This document shows, one piece after another, positions 31,903 through 32,000 of a stretch of 32,000 bases of DNA. The position numbers and the translations under genes were made by a program. This stretch comes from Candidatus Iainarchaeum sp. Lineage in GTDB: Archaea > Iainarchaeota > Iainarchaeia > Iainarchaeales > VGJJ01. Under the pieces are notes generated by a model. The model was given only the letters and a program-made list of their open reading frames with translations, had not been told where the DNA came from and did not search any database. Position 1 is the stretch's first letter. Each line of letters opens with the position of its first letter. Where the stretch lies: positions 360,001 through 392,000 of the forward strand of contig JAUYHT010000002.1 of NCBI GenBank assembly GCA_030688545.1, written 5' to 3'.

Positions 31903-32000
31903 ATGCGCACCGCATGGAAAGCTGGGCTGATTCTCTTATTCGCCGTCGCGATGATGCAAACGGCACATGCGGATTTGGTTTGTGGAACGAACGTTTTGCC
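31903..32000 (+). CDS. Secreted protein, N-terminal fragment (continues beyond the window)
   Basis: Hand translation gives MRTAWKAGLILLFAVAMMQTAHADLVCGTNVL. It has a signal peptide with an AHA-D cleavage-type site, and the frame is open to the window end. Confidence 0.45.
   Translation, partial: MRTAWKAGLILLFAVAMMQTAHADLVCGTNVL

Overview
This window is an archaeal chromosomal segment of roughly 50% GC. Most genes lie on the minus strand, and many are preceded by GGAGG-type ribosome-binding sites. The core (10.7-19.1 kb) is the classical archaeal exosome/proteasome/RNase P superoperon, read on the minus strand in this order: eL15, Rpp30, Pop5, PsmA, SBDS, Rrp4, Rrp41, Rrp42, eL43 (L37Ae), RpoP, Pcc1, prefoldin beta, and a DHH phosphoesterase. 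RpoP is a 43-aa ORF too short for the supplied track. The left 4.4 kb is a single open-ended minus-strand ORF of at least 1463 aa. The ORF track misses it because it has no stop codon inside the window; it encodes a giant Cys-rich secreted surface protein. Other contents are listed below.
- A small SAM methyltransferase.
- Two tandem polyprenyl synthases that look eukaryote-type (type III).
- A translationally coupled wHTH plus V4R pair.
- Several secreted proteins and lipoproteins.
- tRNA-Val(GAC) and tRNA-Ala(GGC).
- An Sm-like protein and aIF5A.
- A long coiled-coil protein.

Four things are most worth a second look.
1. A MinD ATPase has its Walker A loop split by a 467-aa LAGLIDADG intein. 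It sits in an apparent operon with HEAT-like, Roadblock-like and PATAN-like genes.
2. A family of nested AT-rich palindromes (TTTGATCAAA plus a CAAAC-T6/A6-GTTTG hairpin) occurs four times in tandem between convergent genes. A fifth copy abuts the 5' end of tRNA-Ala.
3. A roughly 3-kb AT-rich island follows tRNA-Ala. It carries orphan genes, one of which shows a weak resemblance, judged by eye, to cyclodipeptide synthases.
4. Rrp4 (RGG-rich), Rrp41 (acidic) and eL43 carry long low-complexity C-terminal tails.

All functional calls rest on reading motifs by eye; no database search was run.
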